From the human T2T-CHM13v2.0 reference genome, Homo sapiens: DNA of 64,000 bases. The notes under the pieces were generated by a model. It ran no database searches. It had not been told where the DNA came from and worked only from the letters and a program-made list of their open reading frames with translations. Positions 12,234 through 29,100 of the stretch are shown here, one piece after another; the first letter of the stretch is position 1, and each line of letters begins with the position of its first letter. Location: NCBI RefSeq assembly GCF_009914755.1, contig NC_060926.1. One strand, 5' to 3'. A program made the translations under genes and the position numbers.

Positions 12234-13789
12234 AAAATTACATAAAGCAACAGATAAATCATCTTAAATAAAAATTTTAAAAAATAATAGCTGCATTATA
12301 TGGAAACATTCCACAAATGAAAAGGAAAAACTGATCCACTAGAAAAGTGAGAAAAAGGAAATAATTTGGGGATTCACAGGAAATAAGCATCAATTACATT
12401 CATATTTTTTTAAAGGAGAAAAAGGCAATGCTGGTAGACTCCAGTTCACTCAAATCAGAAATATTTATCAAGCACCTAAGAACAAGTATATGTCAAATGG
12501 GCTAAATTTGGTCTGTTTCCCTAATCACAACTTTACCAACTTGTGAATCAAGTTCATTGTTACAGTCCCTCAACAATAAGAGTCAAGCTACCATAATTGT
12601 TTATTATTTTAAACTCATTTTTTCTCATACTGTTGTCAGTAAGATACCAGGTGAATTGAGCAGTGTCATTTTAACTAAACTAGTTCCACATATTTAGGAA
12701 ATTAACCTAAAAATCAATTTTTAACCCAACACTAATTGAAACATTTAATAGATGCTGCTGCCTCTAAGAAAAAAATAATTCATAGTTAGGTAATAAAAGC
12801 ATATTTAATGTGACTTTGACATGTGCTAAAAAAAGAAAAAATAGAGAAACTATTCACTCTCTAATGAAAATGGCTTCATAAAACTAAAAAGATTTGGTAA
12901 TACTGAGCAACAGTCCATGAGAAACTGGTTATTAAGCAGTCAGTGCCTAGTTTGCTAGTTAATGAGGTGAGAAGAAACCAAGAGTGGTTAATAATCCCAC
13001 AAACTGATCATAATCAAATCATTACAATGTTAATTATGGAAGTAAGAGGATTGTACCATGAAAATAAGAATAAATATAAAAATCACTGCTTTTGTCCTAT
13101 ATGTGTTATAATAAAGCATATTTTTCTAAGGCTAGATGGGGCTCAAAAAGATGACACTTTCTTCTGCAGAGTTGTATTTAAAAAAAAAATCAGGTTGAGT
13201 GAGTTTATTGATAGCACCTAAAATATTTCCTTATTTTCCCACCTAAGAAATACGTTTTTGAACAATTTTTGAGATATTTTGTTTCCTAGACATCATATAT
13301 ATTCACAGGGCAAGTCATTAGTAACACAAATTATCCTCCAATCGTGTTGGAAATTTAATTTTCTTTATTGGATTTGTAAGTTGGTTCTTATTCTCTGACT
13401 TATATTTTCAAGAGATAAATGAAATGTTTTCATTCTATAATGTTGATAGAAATACTCTTGTTTGTTCATATGGCCCCTATGGATTTGTCTAATTACACAT
13501 TTTAATAATAAACTAATCTCAGAACAATTGCCTCATCTGTCAATCTTCAGAGCATTTTTCTTTTGGTGAGCAGACTATGTTACTAAGACTTAACTAAATA
13601 AAGATAATATATTTCCACTATGCTCTGAGAAGATAAAAAGCTCCACAAATTTTTAAGTTCAAATTTACTTTTATCTGAACGTAAGTCAATTCATTCTTGT
13701 TAGAAAAATGTAAAAAGCCCCAAAAAGTATAGAGACCAAAAAGGATGATTATCATAGTCCCACAAATCAGAGGCAGCTACTATTAATCT

Positions 13790-15200
<1,411 letters not shown>

Positions 15201-17239
15201 TTCCACATCTCCTTTATGATGGATAAAGCTTTAGCACATAATAAAGCTTAATTTTATAAGGCATCAAAATTTATCAAAGATATGATCCATTATACCTGAT
15301 CAGCTTTTGGAAGCAGATCTCTGATTAAAGATCCTTGCTGCGACCCTCACCCAAATTATCTCACATACCTATTGGGTTCAAGTGGTTTTCAAGACAATAA
15401 AGGAAGATGTACAAAGAACACAGAATAACTTTAAAAGAATTCTACATTTTAATTTACGGTCTGATTTTTTTCTTTTACTTTGCCCACATCAAACTTGCAT
15501 CATTAATGAAATGGAATGAGACAGAAATAGGTAACAGTTGCCTAGCATCTATAGTGTTCCAAGTCCCTTTAGCCCCTCAAACTTCATGATGTAAACATTC
15601 TTCTCCTAATTTTGCAATTATAGAAACCCATTTAGTAATCTTAACTAAACTGCCCAATACCACACAGTCAACAAGTAGCTAAAAATGGGATTTAAACCTG
15701 GATCACATTGACTAAAAAATTATGTTGGTTGAAAATGGCCTTTAGTTGGAAAGAAAAATACACACACAAACACACACTCAGACAGATACTCTTTTTTCCC
15801 ATGGTGTATAATATTAATCTTCAGAAATCACTCCAAGGGGCTATTAAATATTTATCCAGTAGCATATACTGCAATTTAGAGTCTTTATACTTTTCAAGAG
15901 TAAGTATATATTTGAAGCTGGAAGGATAAAGAGGGAAAAAGCTCATGGTTGGGATGAGGGAATCTGCAACAGAGAGTGTGGAATGTCCCATGGAAGGTTA
16001 CATGGAAGGTTAATCTGTTGGTTAAATCTCAACAGATGACCAGTGTCAATGAGGACTATGTTAAGACCAGATAGTATGAGTTATAACTTAAAGGATGCAA
16101 GAATAGTGTGAAACAGTGTACTAATGAGGAATATTCCCTCTTTACTAATGCTACCAGTGATCGTTGCTTAAGGCCTTCAGCAACACAACCCAAGACGAAG
16201 GAGTCCAACAATCCTGATTATGACAGTTTCCAACATGAAATGACTGACTAAATTAGACTGAATCTTTAAATTTTATTTTCTGAGTCATGAAGAATAGGGA
16301 TAGAGGTTCAGAAATTTAAATAAGCTATAGAAAATCATGTCAAAAATTATAATAGACACACACAGAACTGAGCACCATGAAAACTAGATGAAAAGAGATG
16401 ACTGTAAGGAAGGCATAGCCTGGCTACAGGTGTACTAGAAGTAAGAACAGGAAATCAGAAAATCAGTCTTCTCTCTGTATCTCACAGGGACTTCAGATCC
16501 TTTCTCTTGGCTTCTCCTTAGGTAGCTGCCTGCTGCTGTCTCTCCTGGCCTCATCCTAGAAAAGGATGAAGAGCTGCTCTGCTGCTGACTGCAAAGTTAC
16601 AATGTCATTCAGAAGTCTCCAGCTCATAATACCAGTGGCCCCTGCCACTTCAAATCCCATTTCCTCATTCCCTGCTTGGCATTTCTGACTTACGCACTCC
16701 TACTGATTTCTTACTCATCTCATTCTTCCTCTCTGCCAGCACTTTTCCCTCTATTTTGTATGCTGATGGAAATGTCATTTATATTGTATTTGGTGGAGAT
16801 GAAACTCATGAATTCGTTGTCAGAATGGGGTGTGTGTGCACACATGTAAATGTTATATATAAGACTGGACATATGGACTCTTGTTGTAATCCACATAATA
16901 TAATGGATCCATCTTATTATATGAGGTGGGTGCAATTCTCAGCCCAAAACTTATGTTTTGCAAGAACCGTAACATATGTCTTTTTCTACGACTCAGCTTA
17001 ATTTCTATTTCGAGTTCCCATGCTGCTGTAGTGGTAGAAACTCAATGTTAACCAGTTTGTTCCCACACCCCTCTCTTTCTCCAGGATTATGCCAAAGTTG
17101 TAGAGGCTTGTACAGTGCCAAAAAGTTTGAGTGAGGCTCTTCAAAATCTTCCATTTTTCTACTCCAGGTCCATACTAGATCCCTCCACACCAGTCCCTGC
17201 CCTGGGGCGTGAACTAAATAGATCACATCCATGAGGTTC

Positions 17240-17489
17240 CCTTCCCTGTGGCTCCCAGATAGATTCAGCCTTCTCTACCTGATTCTTTTCTTTCTAATTT
17301 CCAGAATCACACCCTCCTCTCCTCATTTCAGGCCTAGCAGTGGCAACAGCTCTGCTGCTACAAGCCCCAGGTTCCTCAACTCTACACTCTTGCCTACACC
17401 TTATAATCAGTCCCCTTTGTAAATAATTTCTCCTCAAATTATCCAACTATGAGGGCACCAGCTTTCCTGCTGTGACCTTGACTGATTCA
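17240..17489 (+). mobile_element. Old ERVL-class LTR 3' part (LTR33-like)
   Basis: Terminal gtcccctttgtaaataa...ctcaaattatcc...tttcctgctgtgaccttgactgattca resembles the LTR33-type 3' end. Confidence 0.5.
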
Positions 17490-19969
17490 ATTCTAGATGT
17501 TCATTGTCCACATAGATTCCCAGATATCTTTTATTCTGTCTGGTACCTGGTTGTCAGACCTCAAGATTTACAACATCCCTTGTGTTTGTCTACCTCCCAC
17601 TGCAGGCCTTGTCACTCCCCTGCTGCTTTGTCCATGCCAACTTTGGCTCAGAAATATCTGTTGGGTTGTCAAGGCTCTATCTGCCTGGACCTGTGTTACT
17701 CTCTCCCTCTCTGAATCCAAGGTTGTAAAATACAGTGAGCTCCCTGTCTCTAGGGAAGATCCATTCTGCACACTTCCCACCCCTGCCCTGTCTACCTTAT
17801 GCAACCCATACTAGGGGACAGGTTTGACTGGTGGGAGATGGGGAGAGGAAGGAGGTGCATAAAATACTGGGAGAGGAAATATATATGCCCTAACATATAG
17901 AAGTTGTTAATTTAGGTATTTAAACATTACCACCTTCTAACAAATCCATGAAACCCAACATTTACATAGCCACTAGAACCATCCAGCTTGTGGGTTCTGA
18001 GAATAAGAACTTAAACAGTTCTTTTGCCAAATGCCAGGCTTTTCATTCATATAGCAAATTATACTTTGAAAAGCACATTGCATATAAAAACTTACTGGAT
18101 CATCAGACAACCCAAAGAGGGCTATAAAGTGTACTTCATTCTATAGCTCAGAAACTGAAGTTTAGAGAGGTTAAATGGTCTGCCAAACACTCACAGGCAG
18201 CTTTCCAGTAAATTATTTACTGTGAGTTATTACAACTGTAATCCTAATACTTGAAGTCAGACTGCCTCCCACCCTAAATTACGGCTCTCATGAGATGACT
18301 GCAAGTGCTCTGTAGCTGCACGATATTATTGTCATATGAGAATATTCATGAGAATATGTGTATAAACTTCTTCAAAGTCAAGCAATGCATCTGTGGGCTT
18401 AGGCCACCAGGTTGTGGCTGCCTCCAGGCTGTTTCCAGACTCCCCACTTCCCGCCCTCCCTCCACGCCATCTGCTGCTTTTCCACCCCTTTCACACTCCC
18501 TGTCAATTTCCTGAATCACAGGTCCATTCAGAAGACTGTACAAAGAAGGAAAGAGGTGAGGGAGGGACCCTGGAGCAGCAAGTGAACCGCACCGAAATAC
18601 TATGAGGTACATAAAGGAGAGGACGCTACTGGGGGCACTGAATTCCCACAATGGAGCCAGGCTGAAGAAAATGAAGAGACAGCAAAAACAAAAGGAATTT
18701 CAATTTAATTCTGAGTCTAAGCACAGAAACTTGAGCCTGTGGACTGCAGTAGGGTGGGTGGGCTAGGTGGAAATAAGAAACCCTGGGTTATGGGCTCAGA
18801 TCTATGGCTTGCTTATAAGGAACCTTGGGGAAATTAATTACTGGGCCTAGGTTTTCTTACCACTGAATGACTAGGTTATATTTGCAGTTTCTTCTAACTC
18901 TAATATGTGGTAAGATGTCTACCTGACACTGTAATTTTGTGTTTTTCATTGAAGCATAAAATTGCATCATATGGTTCAGCTGCCATTTGAACTTCAATGT
19001 CAAGTTTTGATGCTCTTGGGGAGTAGGTTTTTAAAAAATAGTAAGAATTTTAGCTGTAAAAGTATTATTTTGAAGTTAATCTTACTCCAATTTCAATATA
19101 AGAGGAAAAATATGACTTGACTTATTTCATTGTAATCACAGCAAATATTTCACTCATTTCCTTATTCATTTAGCCAACATTGAAGGAACACTTACTGTGG
19201 GCAGAGTCCTTACTGTACTTATCCTTAGGCAATCTGAGTCTTTTTAGTTGGGGGACAGAAACAATACAGAGTGGATAAGGCTGTGGGTCATTTTAGAATA
19301 TAGGTAAACCCAGGATGGCATGGCAGGTATAAAAGAGCAAAAAGGGCAACGAGCCTGACTTTCCCATGAAGAATGAATAGGAGCCCATCGAGACAAATGG
19401 AGTAATATGTACTGTGTCCCAGCAAGGACTGGATATAGTCAAGGAATCATAGGGAAGTAGGAACAGTCTATCAAAAGGGCTGGATATTTTGATGACTAAA
19501 TCATGAAAGTCTCTCATACACTGCCTGTAATTGACCTTATACAATTCCTTTGCTATTTGTTACCCTTGTGAGGTTTCCAAATGATGTGAATCTTATGGCA
19601 GTGCCTAGTATTTGTTACATCCTGACTTGTTCTTAGAAGCAAACATGTCTAAAGTCACAGAAAATCAGATACGAAAAGGACCTAATAAATCAACTATTCC
19701 AACCCATTCACTCAGAGAGATAAACAAATTGCTACTAGACTTCACAGCAGCAGGGCCAAATCTAGTTACCGAATATCTGGGCACCTATTTCAATGATTTT
19801 GTATTTTTTCTACTGAACCTCCCTGCACTTCCTGCCAGCCTTTATGTAGAAATTCCAGGGAAGGAAGTCAAATATTCTCTGTCATTCTGTGAATCAGCTA
19901 CCAATCATTTAGGAAGTATGTCAGACCACAGAATCGATCATGGCTATATTTCAGTTGTGCTACCATACA

Positions 19970-21171
19970 CAGAATTGTGTGCCATATAATTGATATTTTG
20001 GTCAATGATGGACAGCATGTGCAATGGTGATCCCATAGGATAACAACGGAGCTGAAAAAATCCCGTTGCCCAGTGACATCATAGCACAATGCATTGCTCA
20101 TGTGTTTGTGGTGATGCTGGTGTAAACAATCACACTGTGTTGCAAGTCGTGTAAAAGTACAGCACATACAATAACATATAGTACATAATACTTCATAATA
20201 AATGTCTATGTCACTGGCTTATATATTTACCATGCTAGCTTTTTAATCATTATTTTAGAGTATACTTCTCATTCTTCTTATAAAAAATGTTAACTGTAAA
20301 ATAGTCTCAGGTAGGTCCCTCAGGTGATATTCTAGAAGAAGTCATTGTTATCATAGGAGATGACTGCTCCACACGTTTCTGCCCCTGAAGACCTTCCAGT
20401 GAGACAAGTTGTGGAGGTAAAAAAACATTGATACTGATGTTCCTGACCCTATGTAGGCCTAGGCTAATGTGTGTGTTTGTGACTTAGTTTTTAACAAAAG
20501 AGTTTTAAAAGTCAAAAAAATAAAAATTTTAAAAATAGAAAAAACTTATAGAATAAGGATATAAAGAAAGATAATATTTTGTACAACTGTAATAATAGGC
20601 TCATATTTTAAGCTAAGTGTTATTACAAAAGAGTTAAAAGGTTAAAAAAATTAAAACTTTGCAAAGTAGAAAAGTTACATTAAGCTAAAGTTAATTTATT
20701 ATTGAAGAAAGAAAATTGTTTTTATAAATTTAGTGTAGCCTAAGTGTGCAATGTTTATAAAGTCTACAGCAGTGTACAGTAATGTCTTCAGACTTCACAT
20801 TAACTCACCGACACCCAGAGCAACTTCTAGTCCTGCAAGTTCCATTCACGGTAAGTGCCCTGTACAGGCGTATCATGTTTATACTGTATTTTTTATATTG
20901 TATTTTATACTATATTTTTACTGTGCTTTTTCTGTGTTTAGCGATGTTAGATACACAAATACTTACCATTGTGTTACAGTTGTCTACAGTACTCAGTATA
21001 GTCACATGCTGTACAGGTTTATAGCCTAAAAGAAATAGGCTATACCATATAGCCTGGGTGTGTAGTAGGCTATACCATCTAGGTTTGTATAAGTTCACTC
21101 TTATGTTTGCACAATGATAAGATCACCTAATGATGGACATCTCAGACTGTATCTCCATCATTACGTGGCTG
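19970..21171 (+). mobile_element. Tigger3/GOLEM-type DNA transposon (about 1.2 kb, Tigger3b-like)
   Basis: Starts gtgccatataat...ggtcaatgatggacagcat...ggagctgaaaaa...gtggtgatgctggtgtaaaca and ends ...tggctg|ta; CpG-decayed Tigger3-like sequence. Confidence 0.85.
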
Positions 21172-21325
21172 TATTTATATGTTCAATATTTTGAATTTTT
21201 TTTATTTAAAACAGTCTTAGCTGGAAAGACTTATAAATGCAGACAGTGAATGAATATTGCAAAAATTTCATCAGAGCTGACTAAAAAAGTGAAGTGGCAG
21301 ATGACACTGAACTCAGATTCCCTGA

Positions 21326-21470
21326 TCATTTGGCAAACATTTAACGAGCACCTAATATGTGCCAGGCACTGTTCTAAGAAGTGAAAAAATGGAGCAACTG
21401 TAATAAGGCAGTGTCCTGGGCTACATGGTGCTTATCTACCGAGTGAGATAAAGCATAAGCAATGAAATGC
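21326..21470 (-). mobile_element. L2 3'-end fragment
   Basis: caaacatttaacgagcacctaatatgtgccaggcactgttctaag is the L2 3' hallmark. Confidence 0.7.
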
Positions 21471-22479
21471 ACATTATGATGAAGTCGAACAGTAACAACC
21501 ATATGACAAAGATTCAAAATACAGAAAGCGAAGAATGTTCTTTAAATTCTAAAGGAACAAAAAGTGCAATAAGAGGAAACTGTATTGACTCTTACTTCCA
21601 GAAAAGACACTTGAATACATTGAAGCCTTCCGCATTCACCTTCCTCTGTCACAAAGTCATTCTTAGAAACATAGTGGGAAGAGATAGGAGGCACTCTCAA
21701 ATTTCTTCTGGAGTGTCAAGAACCACCCTCCTATTTCTTATCAGTTTGGTTTTGAGAGATATCAAGCCTCATCACTTTCTCCTCTAAATACAAGGGAGAT
21801 CTTGTGTTTTTATATTATTTGGGCAATGGTTCTGCTTTGCAATACCTGTACTGCAGTTTCTTCAGGAACAGAAAACAGAAGAAAACAGTCTACCTGTTTT
21901 GTGGGTTATATGTGAAGTGTAGGGGCCTCTTCTTTAACCATTTGATCCTGGTGACACATGGCTAGGGCATTTTCCATACCTGTAGGGGATCCTGAAGCCT
22001 TTAGGTGCATTGGTAGCCTGAGGTCCATGACTGCACATGGGCTCCCTTCCTTTCCCAAAACACCCAGGTTACAAAATGTTGCATTAAATTTCAGAAAGTT
22101 CATTGAAGACCATCAATAATAATCTTCCTGAAGACCCCTTCAAAACACAATCATGTTTCTCTGCATTATGGAGAATGAGTTCTAACTGGCTTAGGCAGGG
22201 AGAATTGCAATCCAATAATGCACATGTTCAGAGGCCTCTTGGCAAAAGGGCTTTGGGCCACCAGTCTGCACTGTTCAGGGAGCAAAATTCACAGGGATGA
22301 CTAGTAGTACTATTAACTGCTGTTATTAAAAACAAAAGAGGATACCAATTTTCTTAATTTTAAAAAGGAGCTTTAAATATATATGTAAAAATGGTTGCTC
22401 CTGAAATTCATAGAATAAATACAATGGAATCCTTTAAATATTAATTCTCAACTCTACCCATATATTAGGATTAGAAAAC

Positions 22480-23162
22480 TCTACAAATGAAATTAAGAAA
22501 CTAAGTAAATAAAGAGATATTCTATGTCTACGGATGGAAAGACTCAATATTGTTAATATGTCAGTTTTTCCTGACTTGATCTATAGAATCAATGTAATCC
22601 TAATCAAAATTCTAGCAAGTTATTTTGTGGATAAACACAAACTAATTCTGAAGTTTATATGGAGAGGCAAAAGACCCAGAATAGCCAACACAATGTTAAT
22701 GGTAAAGAACAATGTTGGAGGCCTGATATTAACCAATTTCAAGAATTACTGTAAAGTTACAGTAAACAAGACAGCATGGTATTGGCAAGAGAATAGACAA
22801 AACAGGGTAGAAAGCCCAGAAATAGATCCATGTGAATATAGTCAATGGAAATTTGACAAAGGAACGAAGACATTTAAAAAGAAAAGATAGTCTTTTTCAA
22901 TAAATGGTACTGGGGCAGCTGGACTTCCACATGCAAGAAAAAAAATAAATTTAGACACAAATCTTACATCCTATACAAAAATTAACTCAAAATGGATCAT
23001 AGACTTAAATGTAAAATGCAAAACTATAAAACCCTTACAAGATAACAAAGGAGAAAAAATAGATAACCTAGAATTTGGCAATAACTTTTTATATATAACA
23101 ACAAAGGCACAATCTAGGAAAGAAATAACTGGATTTTATTAAAACTAAAAATTTATGCTCTG
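22480..23162 (+). mobile_element. L1MC/MB ORF2 3' part (left piece of a host element)
   Basis: ORF 22534-22890 (ERLNIVNMS...ILKFIW...TAWYW) is L1 ORF2; the sequence resumes at about 30849. Confidence 0.85.
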
Positions 23163-26100
23163 GAGAAAGGAGGTGGAGTAATATGGCCTGACCAAATATA
23201 AACTTCTACTGATCATCACCCCTGACAGGAACACCAAATTTAACAACTATCTACACAAAAAATCACCTTCATAAGAACCAAAAATTAGGTGAGTAATCAC
23301 AGTACCTGGCTTTAACTTTCTATCACTGAAAGAGGCACTGAAGAGGGTAGGAAAGACAGCCTTGGATCACCAATGCAACTCCTCTCCCATGCCCTGGCAT
23401 AGAGAGAATATGTGTGTTGTGGGGAGAGAGACTGCAGTGACTGTGGGACTTTTCCTTGGACCTTAGTGCTGCCCCGTCACAACAGAAAGCAAAACTGGGC
23501 TGAACTCAGATGATATCTATGGAGGAAGGGTTTAGTCAAGTGCTAGCCAGAGAGGAATCACCCATGGAACTTGAGTTTCATCAAGCTTAGCCACCACAGG
23601 CTAAAGTGCTCTGGGGTCCTAAATAAACTTGAAAGGCAGTCTAGGCCACAAGGACCGTAACTCCTAGGCAAATCCTAACACTGTGCTGGGCTCAGAGCCA
23701 GTGTACTTGTTGGGCATGTGACCTAGTGAGACACCAGCCATGGCAGACAAGGGAGTGCTCTTGCCACACCTCCCCAAACCCCAGGCAGTGCAGTTTGCAG
23801 CCAGAAAAGTGACTCATTTCTTCTATTTGATGAAACGAGAGGAAAGAGTAAAGAGGATTTTGTCTTGCAACTTGGATGCCAGCTCAGTCACAGTAGGATA
23901 GGGCAGCAGGGAGAGTCATGAGGCCATTACAATACACCCTACCTCCTGGAAAATGTTTCTGTATACACCCTGAGCCAGAAGGGAACCTGCTGCCTTGAAG
24001 GGAAGCATCCAGTCATAGCAGGATTTATTCCCTGCTGACTAAGGAGCACTTGGCCCCTGAATAATCAGCAGTGATACCCAGGTAGTAAGTCATGGTCCTT
24101 GAGCGAGATTTTGAGACATGCTGACTTCAAGTGTGAAACAGCACATTTCAAGCCGTGGTGGCTGTGGTGATAGACTCTTTCTGCTTGAAAAAAGTAGAAG
24201 AAAGAGTAAAGGGAACTTTGCCTTGAACCTTAGGTACCAGGTCAGCCACAGTGGGAGAGAACATAGGGTAGGCTCTTAGAGTCTCTGATCCCAGGCCTAG
24301 GCTCTTGGATGGCATTTATAGATCTGCTCTAGGCCAGAGGGAAAGCTCACTGCCCTGAAGGGTGAGTCCTAGGCTTCGCAGCATTCACCATAAGCTGACT
24401 GAAGAGCCCTTGGGCCTTAAGGGAACATAAATGGTAGCCTGGCAGTACTCCCCATGAACCTGAGGTTGTGGTGGCCACAGGGTGAGGTTTCTCTACCTGT
24501 GGAAAGGGGAGGAAAGAGTGGGAAGAATTGAGTCTTACGGTTTCAGTGCCAGCTCAACTGCAGTACAATAGAACACCAGGTAGGCTTCTAAGATTTTTGA
24601 CTCCAGTCTCTGGTTTCTGGATGGCACCTGTGAATGTACCTGGGGCCTGGAGGAGCTCATCTCCCTGAAGGGAGAAACACAGGCATGGCTGGCTTCACCA
24701 CTTGCTGATTATAGAGCCCTAGGACCTTGGGCAAACATAAGCAGTAGCCAGGTAAGGGTTACAGCAGACCTTGAGCGAGACCCGGTGCTGTGTTGGCTTA
24801 AAGTCTAACCCAGCACAGTCCCACTGGTGGTGGCCACAGGGTTGCTTGTGTCACTCCACCCACAACTCCAAGCACAGAGAGACACTGCATTTGTTTGGAG
24901 AAAGTAAACGGAGAGAGCAAAAGTTTCTGGTAATCCAGAGAATTCTTCCAGATCTTATCCAACACCACCAAGGTGGTACCTCTATGTGTCAGAAAGAACC
25001 ACAGCATTACTGGGCTTGGGATGCCTCCTAATGCAGATAAAGTTTAGATCACAACACCCAAACCCCTTCAAATACTTGGAAAGCCTTCCCAAGAAGAATG
25101 AGTACAAACAAGGCTAGACCACAAAGACTACAATAAATATTATACCTAAGTCTTTAATGCCAGACACCAATAAACATCTATAAGCATCAAGAGCATTCAG
25201 GAAAACATTACCTCACCAAACAAACTAAATAAGGCACCAGGGACCAGTCCTGGAAAACAAAAGATATATGATCTTTCAGACAGAGAATTCAAAACAGCTG
25301 TTTTAAGGAAACTGAAAGAATTCGAGATAACACAGAGAGGAATTCAGAATTCTATCAGATAAATTTAACAAAACTATTGAAATAATTTAAAAGATCAGAC
25401 AGAAATTCTGGAGCTGAAAAATGCCAGTGGAATACTGAAAAATGCATCAGAGTCTTTTAATAGCATAATTGATCAAGCAGAAGGTAGAATTAGTAAGTCT
25501 GAAAACAGGCTATTTGAAAATACACCGTCAGAGGAGACAAAAGAAAAAAGAAAACAAAAACAATGAAGTATGCCTACAGAATCTGGAAAATAGCCTCCAA
25601 AAAGCAAATCTGAGTTATTGGCCTAAAGAGGAGATAGAGCAGGAGGAGTACAAAGTTTATTCAAGGGATAATAACAGAGAACTTCTCAAATATAGAGAAA
25701 GATATCAATATTCAAGAACAAGAAGTGTATGGAAAACTAAGCAGACTTAACTCAAAGAAGACTACCTCAAGGCATTTAATAATGAAACTCCCAAAGGTCA
25801 AGGATAAAGAAAGAATCTTAAAAGTAGCAAGAGAAAAGAAACAAATGACGTACAATGCAACTTTAAGATGTCTGGCAGCAGACTTTTCAGTAAAAATCTT
25901 ATAGGCCAGGGGAGAGTGACATGACATATTTAAAGTGTTGCAAGGAAAAAAAAAAAAACTTTTAACCTAGAATAGTATATCTGGAAAAAATATCCTTCAA
26001 ATCTGAAAGAGAGATAAAGACTTCCAGACAAGCAAAAGGTGAGGGATTTAATTAACACCAGACCTATTCTACAAGAAATGCTAAAGGAAGTTCTTTAGTC

Positions 26101-29100
26101 AGAAAGGAAAGGATGTTAATGAAATCACCTGAAGGTCCAAACTCACTGATAGTAATAAGTATAGAGAAAACACAGGATATTATAATGTGTAATTGTTGTA
26201 TATAGAACTACTCTTATCTCAAGTAGAAAGACTATAAGATGAAGCAATCAAAAATAATAACTACAACAACTTTTCATGACATAGCAAAACGAGATATAAA
26301 TAGAAACAACAAAATTTAAAACCAGGGGGATTAAGTTAAAGTTAAGAGTTTTTATTTTTCTTTTTGCTTATTTGTTTATTTGTTTATAAAATCAGTGCTA
26401 AGTAGTTATCAGATTTAAATAATGGGTTATAAGATAGTATTTGCAAACCTCATAGTAATCTTAAACCAAAAAGCATACAACAGATTATGTAAAAAATAAA
26501 AAGCAAGGAATAAAGGAATAAAAACATACCACCAGAGAAAATCACCTTCACTAAAAGAAAGACAGGAATGAAAGAAAGAAGGAAGAGAAGTCCACAAAAC
26601 AACCAAAAAACAAATAACAAAATAGCAGAAGTAAATCCTTATCAAAAATAACATTGAATGCAAATGGACTAAACTCTTCAACCAAAATACATAGAGTGCC
26701 TGAATGAATTTTTTTAAAAAGACTCAATAATCTATTGCTACAAGAAACACATTTCACCTATAAAGACACAGACAGACTGAAAACAAAAGGATGGAAAAAG
26801 ATGTTCCATGCCAATGGAAAACAAAAAGGAGCTGCAGTAGCTATATTTACATCAGACAAAGTAGAGTTCAGCACAAAAACTGTAAGAAAAGACGATGAAG
26901 GTCTTTATATAATAACAAAGGGGTCAATTTAGCAAGAGGACATAACAATTGTAAATATAAATGCATCCAACATTGGAGCACCCAAATATATAAAGCAAAC
27001 ATTATCAGAGCTAAAGAGAGAGATAGACGCCAACACAACTACAGCTGGAGACTTCAACACCCCCATTCAGCATTGGACAGATATTACAGACAGAAAATTT
27101 CATGAGACTTAACCTGCATTACTGACCAAATAGATCCAATAGCCTTTTACAGAACATTTCATTCAACAGCTGCAGAATACACATTCTTCTCATCAGCACA
27201 TAAATCACTCTCAAGGATAGACCATACGTTAGGTCACAAAATGAGTCTTAGAAAATTCAAACAAATTGAAATAATATCAAGCTTCTTCTCTGACCCCAAT
27301 GAAAGAAAACTAAAAATCAATAACAAGAGGAATTTTGGAAACTCTACAAACACGTGGAAATTAAACAATATGCTCCTCAATGATCAGTGGGTCAATGAAG
27401 AAATTAAGAAGAAAATTGAAAAATGTCTTGAAATAAGTGATACTGGAAATATAACATTCCAAAACTTATGAGATACAGCAAAAGCAAGTACTAAGAGGGA
27501 AATTTATAGCTATAAGTTCCTACCTCAAAAAAGAAGAAAAACTTCAAATAAACAATCTAACAATGCATTTTAAAGAGCTAGAAAAGCAAGAGCAAACCAA
27601 ACCCAAAATTAGTAGAAAAAAATAATAATAGAGAAGAAATAAATGAAATTGAAATAAAAATGCAAAAGACCAATTAAACAAAAAGTTTGTTTTTTGAAAA
27701 GAGAAACAAATTGACAACACTTTAGCCAGACTAAGAAAAAACAGAGAAGATCCACATAAATAAAATCAGAAATGAAAAGAAAAACATTACAACTGATACA
27801 GCAGAAATTAAAAGGATCATCAGTGTCTACTATGAGCAACTATATGCCAATAAATCAGCAAATCTAGAAGAAATGGACAAATTCCTAGACACCAAGATTG
27901 AACCAGGAAGAAGTCCAAAACATCAAAAGACCAATAACAAGTAATGAGATAGAAGCCATAATAAAAAGTCTCCCAGTAAAGAAAAGCCTGGGAACTGATC
28001 GCTTTATTGCTGAATTCTACCAAACATTTAAAGAACTAATTCCAATCCTACTCAAACTATTCCAAAGCATCGAGGAGGGAATACTTCCAACTCATTCTAC
28101 AAGGCCAGTATTACCCTGATACCAAAATTAGCTAAAGATGCATCAAAAAAAGAAAACTACAGGCCAATATATCTGATGAATATTGATGTAAAAATCCTGA
28201 GTGAAATTCTAGCAAACTGAATTTAACAATATATTAAAAAGATTATTCATCATGAACAAGTGGGGTTTATACCTGGGATGCAAAGATAGTTCAGCATACG
28301 CAAATCAATCAATGTGATACATCATAACAACAAAATGAAGGATGAAAACCATATGATCATTCCAACTGATGCTAAAAAAGTACTTGATAAAATTCAACAT
28401 CCTTAATTTTAAAAAACTCAAAAAACTGAATATAGAAGAAACATACCTCAACATAATAAAAGCCATATACAACAGACCCATAGCTAGTATTGTACTGAAT
28501 AGGAAAAGACTGAAAGTCTTTCCCCTAAGATCTGAAACATGACATGGACGGTCACTTTCACAACTGTTTTTCAACATAGTACTAGAAGTGAGTAATCAGA
28601 CAAAAGAAAGAAATAAAGGGCCTCCAAATTGGAAAGAAAGAAGTCAAATTATCCTTGTTTGCAAATAATATGATCTTATATTTGAAAAAACCTAAAGACT
28701 CCACCAAAAAACTATTAGAAATGATAAACAAGATCAGTCAAGTTGCAGGATAAAAAATCAGTATCATTTCTATATGCCAACTGCAAACAATCTGAAAAAG
28801 AAATTAAAAAGCAATCCCATTCACAAAAGTCACAAATAAAATTAAGTACCTAGGAATTAACTTAAACAAATAAGTGAAAAGCCTCTACAATTACAACTAT
28901 AAATCACTGATGCAAGAAATTTAAGAGGACACAAAAAATGGAAAGACATTACATATTCATGGATTATAAGAATCAGTATTGTTAAAATGTCCATACTACC
29001 CAAAGCAATCTATAGATTAAATGCAATCCCCTATCAAAATACTCATGACAGTCTTCACAGAAATAGAAAAAAAAAACCCCAAAACTTATATGGAACCACA

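Noticed and set aside
16756-17232. ORFs of 75-81 aa in apparently unique DNA
   Set aside because: No recognisable homology or convincing splice boundaries; these lengths are expected by chance.
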